A stretch of 64,000 nucleotides of DNA from Nymphaea colorata. Lineage: Eukaryota. Each line of letters starts with the position of its first letter. Position 1 is the first letter of the stretch. The notes under the pieces were generated by a model. That model did no database searches. It was not told where the DNA came from and worked only from the letters and a program-made list of their open reading frames with translations. The stretch covers positions 14,136,001 through 14,200,000 of the forward strand of contig NC_045138.2 in NCBI RefSeq assembly GCF_008831285.2, written 5' to 3'. The position numbers were made by a program, and so were the translations under genes. Positions 41,095 through 54,300 of this stretch are shown here, one piece after another.

Positions 41095-42732
41095 CTCCAA
41101 AATTATATAGAACCAGACATATGCCCAAAGTGACCAAAACAGTTGTACCTGCCATGCACCCAGTCTTCACTGTTTCTGCTTTCGGAACCACAAGATAGAC
41201 TGTATTAATGGGGAAGAGATCAAATGCTGCAGAACCAACAAGTGTTCTAGGACCTAAACCTGAAATTTTCAAAGTAAACAATTGTGTATAAAACATGCAC
41301 TCTTGCAAAAAACAAAAAAAAACAAACAAACAAAATCTACAAATTTTTGTAAGTTGAATGATATGACAGTAGCAGCACCATGAATGAGGTAGCAGAAGGA
41401 ATCTAGTCAGGCCTAGTAAAGATGCAAAGCACCTAAAGGCACACTGTCTGCTTCAGGAATCAAGTCCATGTTCATTTTCAAAAAAGAAAGAAAAAAGTCC
41501 TTTAAAAGTTTAACAGCAAAAAAACAAGGGCATCGATAATTTCAACACGAAAAAAGCAAGGACAAGATGAGGAACACCATTTCTAAGAAGTAACACCATC
41601 ATATATAGATCAACAGAACCCAGTGTTAGTTCTTCATTATTACAACATGTACAGGCAAGGGAGAAAGATATATAATGGTCCTACATCTACTAGCTGACAA
41701 TCAAAGCTTCATTTTGTTCATCATCATGTTGATGATTAAGTTGCGGAATTGAGAAGCAAGTATTCCAAAATATAGTTGAGTGTACAGATAGAGTTCCATT
41801 CTTTATTTGTTTTGCTTGAACAAAGGGAATTGTTACTGTAAATAACCAAAAAAAAAAACCTTTGACATTAAAAGTTGAACAATGATGGCAATATGCAATA
41901 TCAAAAAAAAAAGGAAAAACAAATATTTCAACAAATAGATGGAAAAGAGCCTCTCAATTAACTAAAGAACAATAAAATTATCTCAATGTATGAGTCAGCC
42001 CTTCTAAGTTTCAACTGAAAAATGTGTATAATGGACCAAAAAGGGATGCAAAAGCCTCAATTACACACAAGAACAAATTTATTTGCTAATGTCCTTAGAA
42101 TACTGAAAAGAAAAGACATTCCGATCTGAGAATGAAATGGGAAAGAGAGATGTGAAACAAGTGAAAAATATAACAATTCAGATGTAGATTGCTAAACCCA
42201 GGAAATAGGATTTGGATCAGATTTGATACCCTTCAAAAGAAACGTCAAAATCATACACAAACATTTACATTAACAATAAACTGGTTCAGGGAACAAGAAA
42301 GGGATACCACCTCTGGCATATTTGCAACCAAGGTTCTGGAAAGCACCTATTATAGGCGAAGGAATCTGAGGAAAGCTTGTCCCAAAAGCCAGGAGAGTAA
42401 TATCAGCCATTGTGTGGTTCCATATCTTTGCCTTGTTAATCAACTCAGCTTTTGAATAAGGGGCTACAACAACCACTCACTTTGTCTGCATAACAATATT
42501 TTCCATTGAATAAAAGAAACACAAAGTAATTGCTGACAATCCAATGAAACAATAAGAAAGTCCAAGAACATATACCAAGAAAAGTAATTGATTTCCTAAG
42601 TCAGTTTCTCCATACAAAATAAGGCAGCCAACACAAGTTTCCACTGACGAACAAGCCAAACTTCTCCCTCTAACTACTGGCTCCTTAAAATCTTTTGCAC
42701 TTTCTAAGATGTCTGTATTAACATATAGGAAC
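41095..42732 (-). pseudogene. MHX: Magnesium/proton exchanger (MHX, CaCA family) pseudogene; only the 5' part is recognisable
   Basis: Exon 42732-42311 gives LGLSYCFIGLSAIT..SMENIV..*VVVVAP..KIWNHTMADITLLAFGTSFPQI with an in-frame TGA at 42479-42477. GT-AG intron 42310-41260. Exon 41259-41095 gives [27 protein letters not shown], then a frameshift to [26 protein letters not shown] found no downstream MHX exons. Confidence 0.88.
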
Positions 42733-45700
42733 CTGCAAATAGAAGATACGATACTTAGTCATGGTTATCAGTTCTGGATCATTATCGTTGCCAACATTAT
42801 GAAGATACGATATTTAGACATGGTGCCAAGACAATATTCCGTAGGATTCTGAGGAAACAGCAACGGTTTGATCTGTAGACTATGTTAAAAGGACAGACCA
42901 GCAGCAGTAAAAAATTTGACAAAAGGCAAATCAAAGCAATCAGCAGGAGAAGAGAGAGAGAGAGCAATAGGAAGCAGTAGTAAAGTAAGAGAGAGAGAGA
43001 GAGTAGTAAAGCGTTCAGTGAGGATCGTGAATTGTGGAGGAGGCGAAAAGAATTCTAAGATCCGGATAGCCAATTTGGATAGGAAAAATTAATGTAGAAA
43101 GAAAGAAAGAACTAGCCAAACAAAACAAGGCATAGAAAAATTAGGGGAAATATTAAAACCTTCTTCAAATCGATAGCATTGATCCTGCCCCTTTTGGAAA
43201 CCCCACATCGATTTTCCTCACCAACTCGTTGTCGGCAGTGGTAAAAAATACTGGAGGTGCATTGGCAAGTTAGCGATCTTCCAATAAAAGGCATGATAGC
43301 TAGCCCAAAATGGCTGGAGAAGGAACAAAAAGCGGGAGAAGATCATAACACCTAACCGATTCTTGGCCACCGATGAGCCGAGTCAGTCGACCCTCACCTT
43401 CATTGCTGCCTCGATCAGATGACTCGACCCTCACCTCCATTGCAGATTTGATCATACGAGCGAAACCTTCGCCTCCATTGTTCCTGCAATCAGACAAGCG
43501 AGCCTAGATTAAAAACCAAGTGCTAAATGTAGGTTTTAGTACAACATTCGTAGGATCTGCCACCGGCTTTTACCGTCGACTGAGTTCCACAAGTCATCTC
43601 CATAGGCTGTAGCAACCAACCTGGCATAGTCGATAAAGGCTTTATCGTGAGAGACACAGCAGAGACAAACCCTGGGCCTTAATCTCTGCAAGAAAGTGAG
43701 AGAGAAGAGAGAACGTACCGATTGAAGGCGCCCTCCGCTGCATGATTCGTCCGTCTTTATTTTGTTTGTCTTGATGAAATGGGTTTGGTCGACTTAATTA
43801 TACCTTCCAAAATTAATCAAGTGGAAAACGTAAACGGTTATGCGAGCTTTCGTTGGTTGTACACCACCCATGCGCAACTCGGTTCTTGAAACCGATACAT
43901 CCTTTCTTAAAGATTAAGCAGCAATAAGAAGAACAGATATTCCATCGATATCAGGTCAGTGGCACAGCTGAGTATAAATTATGGGCTCCGAGTTTTCGAA
44001 AAACTTTACATATACATATGAAAATGAACCTTTTGTTCTTCTTCTTATTTCAAAGTTTCACACATATGTGCTCCTTTTGTCATAAGTTGTTGATGGTGAT
44101 GCACATTTAATGGCCAAGCAAGTTGGTTTCCCTTTTCCTTATAGGACACACGATCAAAGGTGTATTTGTCTTGGTGATACACGATCTAGGAACGAACCCC
44201 ACCAAAGTGTGTTGACCAAGGTCCGGACTCTTGGCTTTCTTCGACTTGAATGTCTTAATTTTCCAACTACTTGCTTGTCGATAAGGTTCGACGCGGCTGT
44301 GTGTGTCATCGTTTTGCCGATGCGATTATATGTGAGTTTCCCAATTTCATCCCTTCAAAAATCTGCTCTTAGAATTTACATTCCTCACATAAACTTGTTT
44401 GTGTTTACTGTTAATTTGAAGGATCTGCAGCAAAGCAACAACCCATTGAAAAGATGGTGATAATTTATTGGATTTGGGTCCATATCTGGGTCTATATTGG
44501 AGCGCCCAGTTGTTATTCCACAAGAACAAGATGTTTTCCAAATTGAACCGAGATGAACAGGTAACTCATTGGCCTCTTAAGTACCTAGACAAGGTCTGGT
44601 TAAAGTGGGCTCATGTAAGGACCAGCCACTGGGCTCAGCAGAACGGCGTGCTGGGTCTCATAACCGGATCCAATATCAGAATCAAGATGACACCAGGGGA
44701 GACAAAAACTCCAGGTACCCATTAGTTGAGATCCTTCAACTAGAATGTCCCTGAACCAGATCCATTAGCCAGGCAGATGAACTCTTATTGACATTGATGT
44801 TGGGTCTTTTAAATGGAATCAGGAGACCGGATTTTGTACATAGATCCAAACAGACCAAATACAGACATGGTCGGAATTAAAAATCCAATCATGTGAGAAT
44901 AGCCTGTTGGATCTTTCTCCACTCTACACGTTAGGATTCAGTTCAGACCTCTGATGGAACCTGTTCAGGTGTAGAAGAATGTGCATCTGAAAATCCATTC
45001 GATTTCAGACTTTACTTGTCAAAGTAAAATCCGAGTTCAAATTTGTACCAAGACCCTCACTACTGGTTATTGACTTGAAAACCAGAGAGAGCGTATTTGA
45101 TACGAGAGAAGTAAACGCGTCAACTTTGAACCTCTAACAAACTGAGTAAGCAAAAGTCTAAAATTCAACATAAATCTGAGTGAATGTTGTCACTCGCTGG
45201 AGAATGAATTACTCGGCGAGTAGGAAGAATATTTCAGCCTACCGTATGCTTAAAGCCGACCCCCATTTGCAGCATTTGGAGTTAGAACCAGAGGAACATG
45301 AAATAGAGATTAGCTGCTTACCAGCTCTTGCCCCGTCTATTTCGCCAACCTTGTTAAGGAAATTTACTTATGCAATACAAAGAAATAACTCCAACTAGTT
45401 AATAATGATCATTGTTACTTGCACCACATTCATAAAGACAATCCCCACACACACTTTTTCCCGTAAAGTTAGTCCAACTAATTATACGAGGACCATCTAC
45501 GAACCAACCCTCGTATAACGGAATTAATGGAATTGCCTGTTCAATAATAAAATGATCAGATTCGAGGAAAATTAACTTGAAAATATAAAAGTCAATATGT
45601 TTTTTTTTTCCGGTATATGTGTTTGTGTAAAGAAAAAAGGCCGGATTTATCTTGTGCATAGTTTTAAGCTTTCCCTTTGTCTCTAAGATTCTTAGAATTA

Positions 45701-46112
45701 GAATTTTAAAGTATTCTCTTCGTAAGATCATAAGGTGGAAAAGGTAACTCCAGAAATGAAGAAAATGAAAAATAAGTATGTTGAAGAGCGATAGGAAAAA
45801 AAAAAAAAGGAAACTCAGTTGTAGTTATTGTTGGCTGTTTTATTTGGCGTCAATTTCAACCATCATATCCACTTTTTTCATGGGTGTATTTTGCAAGTGT
45901 TAACAAAATAGTGAGCGTTTTCCGAATATTTTATAAGGTAGGCTTTAGTTTTTAATATTTTTCATAAACGAGGGACCATTTTGGAGGGGAAAAAAATACA
46001 GGTCGGAAGTTGGAATGAGTCGGCATAGTGGGGCCCACTACCATTAAGTTGGAAACCAGATCGAGCGTATGTGCTACGAGGGAAGTAAACGCGTGGATAT
46101 TTTGTCTCGATT

Positions 46113-46144
46113 TCTCTCTCTCTCTCTCTCCCCCCTCTCTCTCT
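46113..46144. repeat. (CT)n-rich tract in the probable 5' UTR of the kinase gene
   Basis: CTCTCT run about 60-90 bp upstream of the ATG at 46204. Confidence 0.8.
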
Positions 46145-46203
46145 TCATCTCTTCTGTAGTACCTAGTAGGAGGAACGGGAAGGAGGAGGAGAGTAGCGGG
46201 GTG

Positions 46204-48782
46204 ATGGTGACGCTAAGCCAGTTGAGCGCACCGCAGCAAGCATTCGTGGCCGCAGCCGGCGGGTTTGCCGGCGTGGCCGCCGTCTTGGCCTTGCTTTTCC
46301 TCTTCTGCTCTGCCTGTAGGTATGCGAAAAGGCCTGCAAGTTCTCCGGGTTTAGTGCGGCATCCTGTCACGGAATTCGGCAGCACCACCACCTACTTCGA
46401 CGAGTCGCTCCACCATATCTCGATGCCGGACCTGATCACCGCCACCAACAACTTCCACAGCTCCGGCGTCGTCGGCGACGGCGGCTTCGGCCTCGTCTAC
46501 AAAGGGCATCTCCCCGACGGGCGGCTCGTCGCCGTCAAGAAGCTGGGCATTGATTGCTTCCAGGTACGGGCCGGCCCCTTGAATCGAATTAACCGAGTAT
46601 TATCATCGCCTTCTCGCACCAGTGAGGTCCTCAATAACCTTGGGCCAAATGTAACCGGTTATTTACCCGTTATGTATAATCACTCTCGGGTAGCTGCTCA
46701 GAACGCGTTTTCTTTGTTAACTAAAAGAATTCATTATTATTATTATATTTTTTTTTTATAACGGCCAACCTGTGGCCCTTACGCGTTATTTGAGTCAATC
46801 ATGCCTTCAAGCAGTCTCCCCCATGATCTTTTCTTTTCTTTTGAAGAAAAGAAAATAAAAAGTGGGTAATGTACTTAACCCTTCAAGAATAGTTTATCTT
46901 ATTAGATCATTCTTCGCTTTTCACGAATAGTTTAATCTGTTGATTCTTCCAGTTCGGCTTAAGCTTGGACTTAGTCAGGATCTGTTTTTGAAGATTTTTA
47001 AATTCTATTCCGACTAACCAGGATTTGATTGGTCGTGTTTGCCTTATCCTTGACACCGAATTCCTGTCCTCTTTCAAATTTTATCGGTAAAAACTTCAAA
47101 TACTTGTAAATTGTTAAAAGTAACTTATAAGAGGAGTTGTTAATCGATTGCCTGTCTTAATTCTTAGTCTTTTGAAAGTTAACTTTTGAGATCCGCCAGA
47201 TCAAGAATCCAAGCTTAGAATAGGAGTTTACAAAAAGCCCTTGACTCTTCCAGTGGGGAGAGTGAATTTTACAAGTTTTGACGTCCATGGGAAGCAATTG
47301 AGAAAGCTAACGTCTAGAAAAGCGGACGATCCATAATTTCCTGGAAGCTTCTTCTGTCAACACAAGAGCAAAAGTTCAATAGTTTGGAGTTCTGTTGAAA
47401 GGGGGGCCACCGAGTTTTATAAGAAGAATATTATGGAAAAACTTACATGTATCGGAATATCAAACTTGGGAATCGATCTGGACGTTAGACAATAGAAGGA
47501 AATACTCATAAAGTCCTATTGTTTTTAGCGTTGTTAGACAATAGAATCAGTTTGTTACTATCTCAAGAATCTACTTAAAAAATTGGAGTGTTATATGAAT
47601 CAACCTGCTTCAATTTTTAAAACAGATTTATAAAACTATATCAAATTGTTACTCTTTCCAAACGACCGTTAAATTTGGTTTTTAAAATGCTAACGTTTTC
47701 TAACTGCCACCAACGCAAAAATGTGGGCAGATGATCGGAGAGAAGCTGCTAAAAGAAAGTAGGTGAGAACCATCTAGTCAATTGATGTCAACCTTGTGTA
47801 AGGATGATGAGGGCCTAGAGAGGGACCGAGCAAACGGCCTTTTAAGCGGAATCATTAAACCATCATCCCCATTTTACCGGTTCGTCAAAAATTGCTTATA
47901 AGTGATTCATATTCACATGTAAACCTCTTTGGCATATGAAGGAGAAATAATTTCAGTTTCGAAGAAGTCTCTTTGTTTCTCTCTCTCTCTCTCTCATATT
48001 GACTTGACTTTGAAAGCATTTATTTAACTTGGTAGGGTCTGCGTGAATTTGAGGCCGAGATGGAAACACTGGGCCGAGTCAGACATGAGAACATAGTCAA
48101 AATCCTAGGCTATTGCATGACTGGGCCGGACCGAGTCCTCATCTACGAGTACGCAGAGAACGGCAGCCTGGACCAATGGCTGCATACCGAACCGTCCGAT
48201 TCGTTCACCTCCTCCGCCCGACTCACTTGGCCCATCAGGGTCAACATCATCAAGGGCGTCGCCGCCGGCCTCGAGTTCCTCCACGACAAGGTTCAGCCGA
48301 GGATCATCCACCGCGACATCAAGGCCAGCAACGTGCTCCTCGACGAACAGTTCCAAGCCCACATCGCCGACTTCGGGCTGGCCCGGCGGATCAACCCGAG
48401 CTACTCCCACGTATCGACTCAGGTCGCCGGGACGATGGGCTACATCCCGCCGGAGTACAAGGACGGGTGGCGCGCCACCGTGAAGGGCGACGTGTACAGC
48501 TTCGGCGTCCTGATGATCGAGGTGGCCACCGGGAGGAGGCCGAACCTTGCGGTGGAGGAGGTGGTGGTGGACGGGAAGGTGAAGTTGGTGTTTCTGGTCA
48601 ACTGGGCCAAGCAGCTGGTGCAGGAGGGGAGGGAAATGGATGCCCTTGAGCAGGTGCTCAGGGAGGATGCACCAGAAGCCAGTGTTAAAGAGTACTTTAG
48701 GATTGCTTCCATGTGTACAAATGATGACCACAAGGAGAGACCTCTAATGGCGGAAGTTGTTTCTATGCTACAGAGTCTCTAG
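46204..48782 (+). CDS. Membrane-anchored receptor-like Ser/Thr kinase without ectodomain (LRR-X-type kinase domain, resembles Arabidopsis At5g42440), ~368 aa
   Basis: Exons 46204-46563 and 48036-48782 join in phase 0 (CAG|GTACGG..TAG|GGT). N-terminal hydrophobic segment AFVAAAGGFAGVAAVLALLFLFC. Kinase motifs GDGGFGLVY, VAVKKL, REFEAEMETLG, HRDIKASN, DFGLAR, GTMGYIPPEY and DVYSFG are all intact. Confidence 0.93.
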
Positions 48783-49063
48783 AGATTATGTATAGACAAT
48801 ATGCTATACAAGATGGTTCCCCTTCATCAAGGGTGGGGGGCTTCTGTTGAACAATAAGATAGATATCAATCCCAGTATCCAGTTACATCACAAGAAAGCT
48901 ATTCAATAACTACACAGAAGCTTTAAATCTCATGCAAGGTTGAAGACGATAGAAATATAAAATTAAACCGATGCTTTTGCTTCATGGTTTAAGTTGGGTG
49001 TGCTCTTGTAGGGGGTGAGAAATATTGACGGTTTTTCTGTTACCAAAAATAAAAAGAAATCCA

Positions 49064-49098
49064 TCTCTCTCTCTCTCTCTCTCTTTCTCTCCCTCTCC
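49064..49098. repeat. (CT)n microsatellite
   Basis: Interrupted TC run. Confidence 0.85.
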
Positions 49099-51317
49099 AT
49101 ATGTCTAAATTTTTATATTTTTAAATCTGTACACTTTCCGCCTGATCTCTCACGCATTAAAAGGAAAAGGTCGTAAATCTCAAAAAGAAAAAAAAAATTC
49201 TGACTAGTGTTCTCGAGGATACCGTGTGAAATCTATGAGCCTTTTTTCTTTTGATTCTTGGTCATGTGTGTGGTACCATTTAGAGAAATTTTCAGCCAAA
49301 CATGAGAAAATTTCCCTGACACCAGATTTTCCTGGGAAACAAGATCGGCGATCACGTTTGTCCTTGGTGAACTGGTAAGAAATCTTTGTCCACCCAACTC
49401 CGCCATCAGTATGAACACGTAGTCAGAATCTACATCTGTCAAGGAAAAAATTGACTGGCGTGTAGATAAGGTTGGACCTCTTTTGTTTTTTTTGGCTTGC
49501 TTCTAACTGTCAGTCAGCATTTAAAAGAAGTGAAATTAGCTGTCTGATGCTACTTGTCAAATCAGGCATATATATGTATATATATCATCAAATGAATGTT
49601 TATGTAGTCAATCCTGCAGGCTACCAACATCACTGGCTGTCAAGATTCTAACAGGCTATAGAGCAAACAACAGGCCACATGCTCACATTGATTTAAGAAC
49701 ATTCGAATAGGCGTACTTAAAATGGGCATGTGAAGGGCGTTGGCCAGCAAAGAATTCAGAAAATTGAGTAAAACAAACCAGGATTGGGATCATTTGTCAA
49801 TCAGCTGGAAATAAAATTCCGTATAAAGTAAAAAATTAGAGATAAAAAGAAGATTGACACAGAAAAATAAATTATAAGCATGAAAATATGCTACGAGTCC
49901 GTCTTGAATTGAATACGACACCGAAGAAAAGAGGGTCTGATTCAATTTGAATGCGCCAATTCTGGTCAATTGTGACCATTGGTTTGGACAATTGTCACAT
50001 GCATTGACATCTTCTGTGAAGAATTTCATATGCCAATACGATGCCGAATAAATTGTACCTTTTCCAACAAAGATACTTATTTTAAAGGATCGTTTTACAT
50101 ACAAAAAAGGCGCCCGTCATCAAAGTTTCCTACGATACTTCAGAAAAGCGTTAAGGAGATAAAAATATCACCGACTTTGCCGTTATTGGCGGGCCGGCGG
50201 CTGTGGTTCTAAGGAGATGGGCAACAGTAAAGATCACAAGCCCCCTCAAGATCACCAGATTCCAAAAGAAACAACAACAGAGTCTCTGTAGCAACATCGC
50301 TCAAATATGTTTTTTGAATCGTATTATTTTTCACCAAGATTCGGACAATCAATTGAATGGAATTAAATCCTAAAAATTATAATATTGACTTAAAATAAAT
50401 CCAAACAAATAAAATAACAAAAACCATAAGAAATCAAATAGGAATAATAATTAACGACTACTATGTAGCAACAAAAGTACCCAAAAATTTTAAAAATATC
50501 AAAAGATATTTGAGTAACACAAAAAATGCCAACAACACCACAACGCCAAATAAGGAGAAGAGCACTGTTGACATTTTCATATTCTGTTGAGAACAGCTAT
50601 ATACAGACACAGGATCACTGGATCAGAAAGGTGCAACTTCTCAATCTTAACAAACATATCCAAGGGAAACAAAACCTGTAAGACTACAAAATTTCCACTC
50701 TTGGACAAATTTATATTCAAGCCGTTACCCCGTTACATGTACCTCTGACTTTAAAAACAATGAACGGATACAGTACACTCACAAGAATGTTGTCTAACAA
50801 TCCAATCTAGAGAAGATGTCTCCTGACCTCTAGACAGCCAAAACAGATTCAAAAGATCCTAGCCTGTCAACGGCAAAACCACCACTTCACATCTTTGTTA
50901 CTGTATACAGAAATCTATGACCAGAAATGATGAGCAAATGAAACTGAAAATTTTCAAACATGGCACACAAAACGTGGGTCAATCAATGGCTTTCTGTCAT
51001 TGAGCTCCAGGCATCTGAAACCACAGTTAAGCTGCCAGAATCTCTGAAGCTAAAATACGTAAGCTGCAATTACTCGCTTTTTTTTTTTGGCCTGTTGGTT
51101 AACAACCTAGGAAAAGTAGTAATAACCTAGGAGAAGTAGATGGTTTTGATTAGTGAGAGGCTAGACCATTACATCCATCTTTTCTCAAACACATGTTGCT
51201 GCCTAAGATTGGGGTACTTGAGCCATGAAGTTAGCAGCAGTCAACTTCTTTTGCCTAGAAGCAGATGATTACCTGAAAATTTTATGGAACTGTAGGGGGA
51301 GAGAGAGAAAGAGAGGT

Positions 51318-54300
51318 TTAAGATATTGCAGCAGTTTCAGACGTCCTATTCATCCTCTCATAGAAAAGGAGGCTTGCTTCTGATGCAAGAACTGTTTCTT
51401 CTGGCACACTTGAAACACAAGAATCTGAAATCTTGAACCAAATTGTCTTGACACAATCACCAATCCTCGAAGCATCAAGTAAAGAATCACATACTGGTTC
51501 TGCTTTTACTCTCCTGTATACTGTAAAATGGCCACTACCAGATATTCCATGGTGTTGCACAACAGAAACAAGGCTATATATGCAGCCTTTCTTTCCCAGA
51601 GATGAGCCACTAGTACCCTGCATCAGAAGCAGGAGACAAATTAAAAAGCATATATATGAGACAAATCCCTCAGCATGAATTATAGGCTTGCCTAAGGAAC
51701 TGGATTTGCATGCTTTTTAGCAATCTCTAAAGTGATAAATGCCATTGTTTGTCAAATGCACTTAGTGTCGAGGACATGCAGATAAGGATATTGATGTACA
51801 AACATCATTTTAATGTATTTTATTTTACTAAACTTCACTACAAATTGCCATTTTAATATCAAAATATCAGAATACTATTCGTATTAACTAAAAAATGAGA
51901 AAAATCCATGCAACTAAAAAAATCGCCTGTCCTAGGTCTCATAGACAATATCCTGAAGAGAAAACTCGATATACACTAGGTTTCTGCATAGAACAATAAA
52001 ATAGTAAGCATTGTGAGAAAAAACTCTCAAGACCTTTTACCTGTAACATGAATCCTTTAGTTTCCAATATATGATCATTTAATATCACAGGTATTCACCT
52101 GAGGAAGACACAAAGTACTGGATATGAAGTCTTCGATTGCTTTTGGTGAAAAATAAAATGCATTCTGCATTTTTTGTGAACCCATTTCATGAAAGACTAA
52201 ATTTAGATTTCAGATATCCTCATTGAATATTTGAATTCTTATTGAAACTTGGGACTACAATAGACTTGAAAAAAAAAATTAACTCAGCTATTTTTGTTTT
52301 TTGAAGAGCCAAGAATTTGCTTACAAATGTCATTATATAACTTTAATTGCTATAATTTCAAATGCTTGGTAACATTAATTTCCAATTTATTGAAAATCTC
52401 ATCACGTCCCAACTTTTGTTTTGAGAAATCAAGTATCAAAAATTTGTCTCTGTCCAAATAGCCGCACTTCGCTTACAAAAAGAAGGAAAAGATTCAAGAT
52501 TTCATAAGATAAAGTTGGAACTTTGGCAAGGGAACATACAGAACTCCCCACAGCATTATCTCTGCAAGGCATCTAATGATTTAGTGTATGATGGCTGAAC
52601 GCACGCAAAAAATGAGATTTATAAAGCAAAACTCAGTACATGATTAATCTAACAAAGGAGTACTCAACTGACCTCCTCACCATAAATGCGAGAGGGTAAC
52701 ACTTTGGACGAAGTGCAGCAACTTCCTAATTCTGGGATGTCAAGCTGACAGACATTGTCTGCTCTCCTTCCTGGGGACGGGACTACTATATTACCTGCCA
52801 CATATTAAACCAGATTGGGAACCAGATCCCACAGATAACCCAAGGAAGCATGATGTCATTTTTATTGGTATACCTTGAACATATGAAACTACCTTCCTTG
52901 TCAGTGGAAGGTGAAAATAATTCATCCGTGGTAAGCATACTGTTTCTTTTACTCCCATCTCTATATCCTTTTTGCACATATTGAGGCCTATTCCCATTCC
53001 AGGAGCCGTGTACGGATAAAGATCTAAAATTAATGGAAATGCGACATGGCCCTAAAATCACATTGACAAAATATGATTAGTAACAGAGAAGGCTGGGTGC
53101 AAGAGAACGAAAAAGTAGAATAACGCCACGATATAGTCACCTGCAGTTTGGTTGACTCATTATATGCACTGATTGTGGCTCGCTGCAGATGAATGCAAAG
53201 AATCTGCACCATGACACATAGACTGAAAGATATATTCAGACTTTCACCTTCCCAACCATGTATATGAACAAAAATAAAAATTAACAGTTTTGCATCCAGA
53301 CCTCTGGGCACCGACCAATGGTCAATTGCTTAAGAGCAGAACAAATGCCTCTTGGCCAAAGGATGCCCTCCCGCAAAAGGAGATTCTTGCAATTACAGTC
53401 ATCATACTTTGTGCAATCCCTAAGAGTCTGAATAATTGCCTGAAAGAAATAGTAGCTAGAAAGAAGTCAGAGAGCATACAGGTCTATACACATGCAGCAA
53501 AATTTTTTTCTCATTAATTGGAATTCAAGAAATCAAACTGAAATCCAAAACATAGTTTTATAATTATGTTAACTGAACAATGAAAGGCACCTCATATTTC
53601 TCTACTTGGTAAGATAAAAGTTTTACAGCATCCATATGACAACAACGCCCACACTGGTAGTTTTCTAATTGTTCTGCAGTAACAAAGCACTGCAAGCAAT
53701 CCTCGATAGTGCATCCATCTGACTAAGTTGTTATAAAAGAGTCAACAGATCAGATTCAGAAATTCTGGAAAGGAAAAGGTGAGAGATAAGAAGACTGAAA
53801 ATAAATTCTATTCAATAGGAACATACAATAGTTAATTCCCCATTTGTCAAAGGTAAGAGTGGCAAGCTGAAGAAAAACTCAAACTTCATCGAGAGCTGCA
53901 AAAGCATGAAATGTGGACAACATAAATATGATTTCCATATGAAGACACGTAAGAAGATGAATTTGACAAATTCAAATATAAGTATGCCTACAACTGGTCA
54001 ATGTCATCTATAGAAAAGAAAACAGGGCAAGGAATAGAACTTTCAAGGAATATTGGATAGAGCAAGATCTAAATATTATACAGCTTATCAAGTCAGTGGG
54101 TAGAACATATATAACAAAGGAGGGGTCACAATCCCTCAACATACAATTGCTTTCATGGCAGTCAAACAGCTTTAAGGCAATGTTAACAGGTAATGTAGAT
54201 AAAAATCTGCCAAGAAAGACGATTAACCTGAAAGGAGCAATTTTTGCAGGTCAAAATGCTTCCGAGAGTCCCATTAAAGGGTCCAAACATGTGCTGTTTC

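Noticed and set aside
44660..45010. GATCC-rich stretch with CAGACCTCTGAT resembling the minisatellite core in reverse
   Set aside because: The match is only about 11 bp and shows no periodicity, which is too little to claim homology.
48105..48733. Long overlapping ORFs (208, 178 and 97 aa) within the kinase exon
   Set aside because: These are shadow frames of GC-rich coding sequence.
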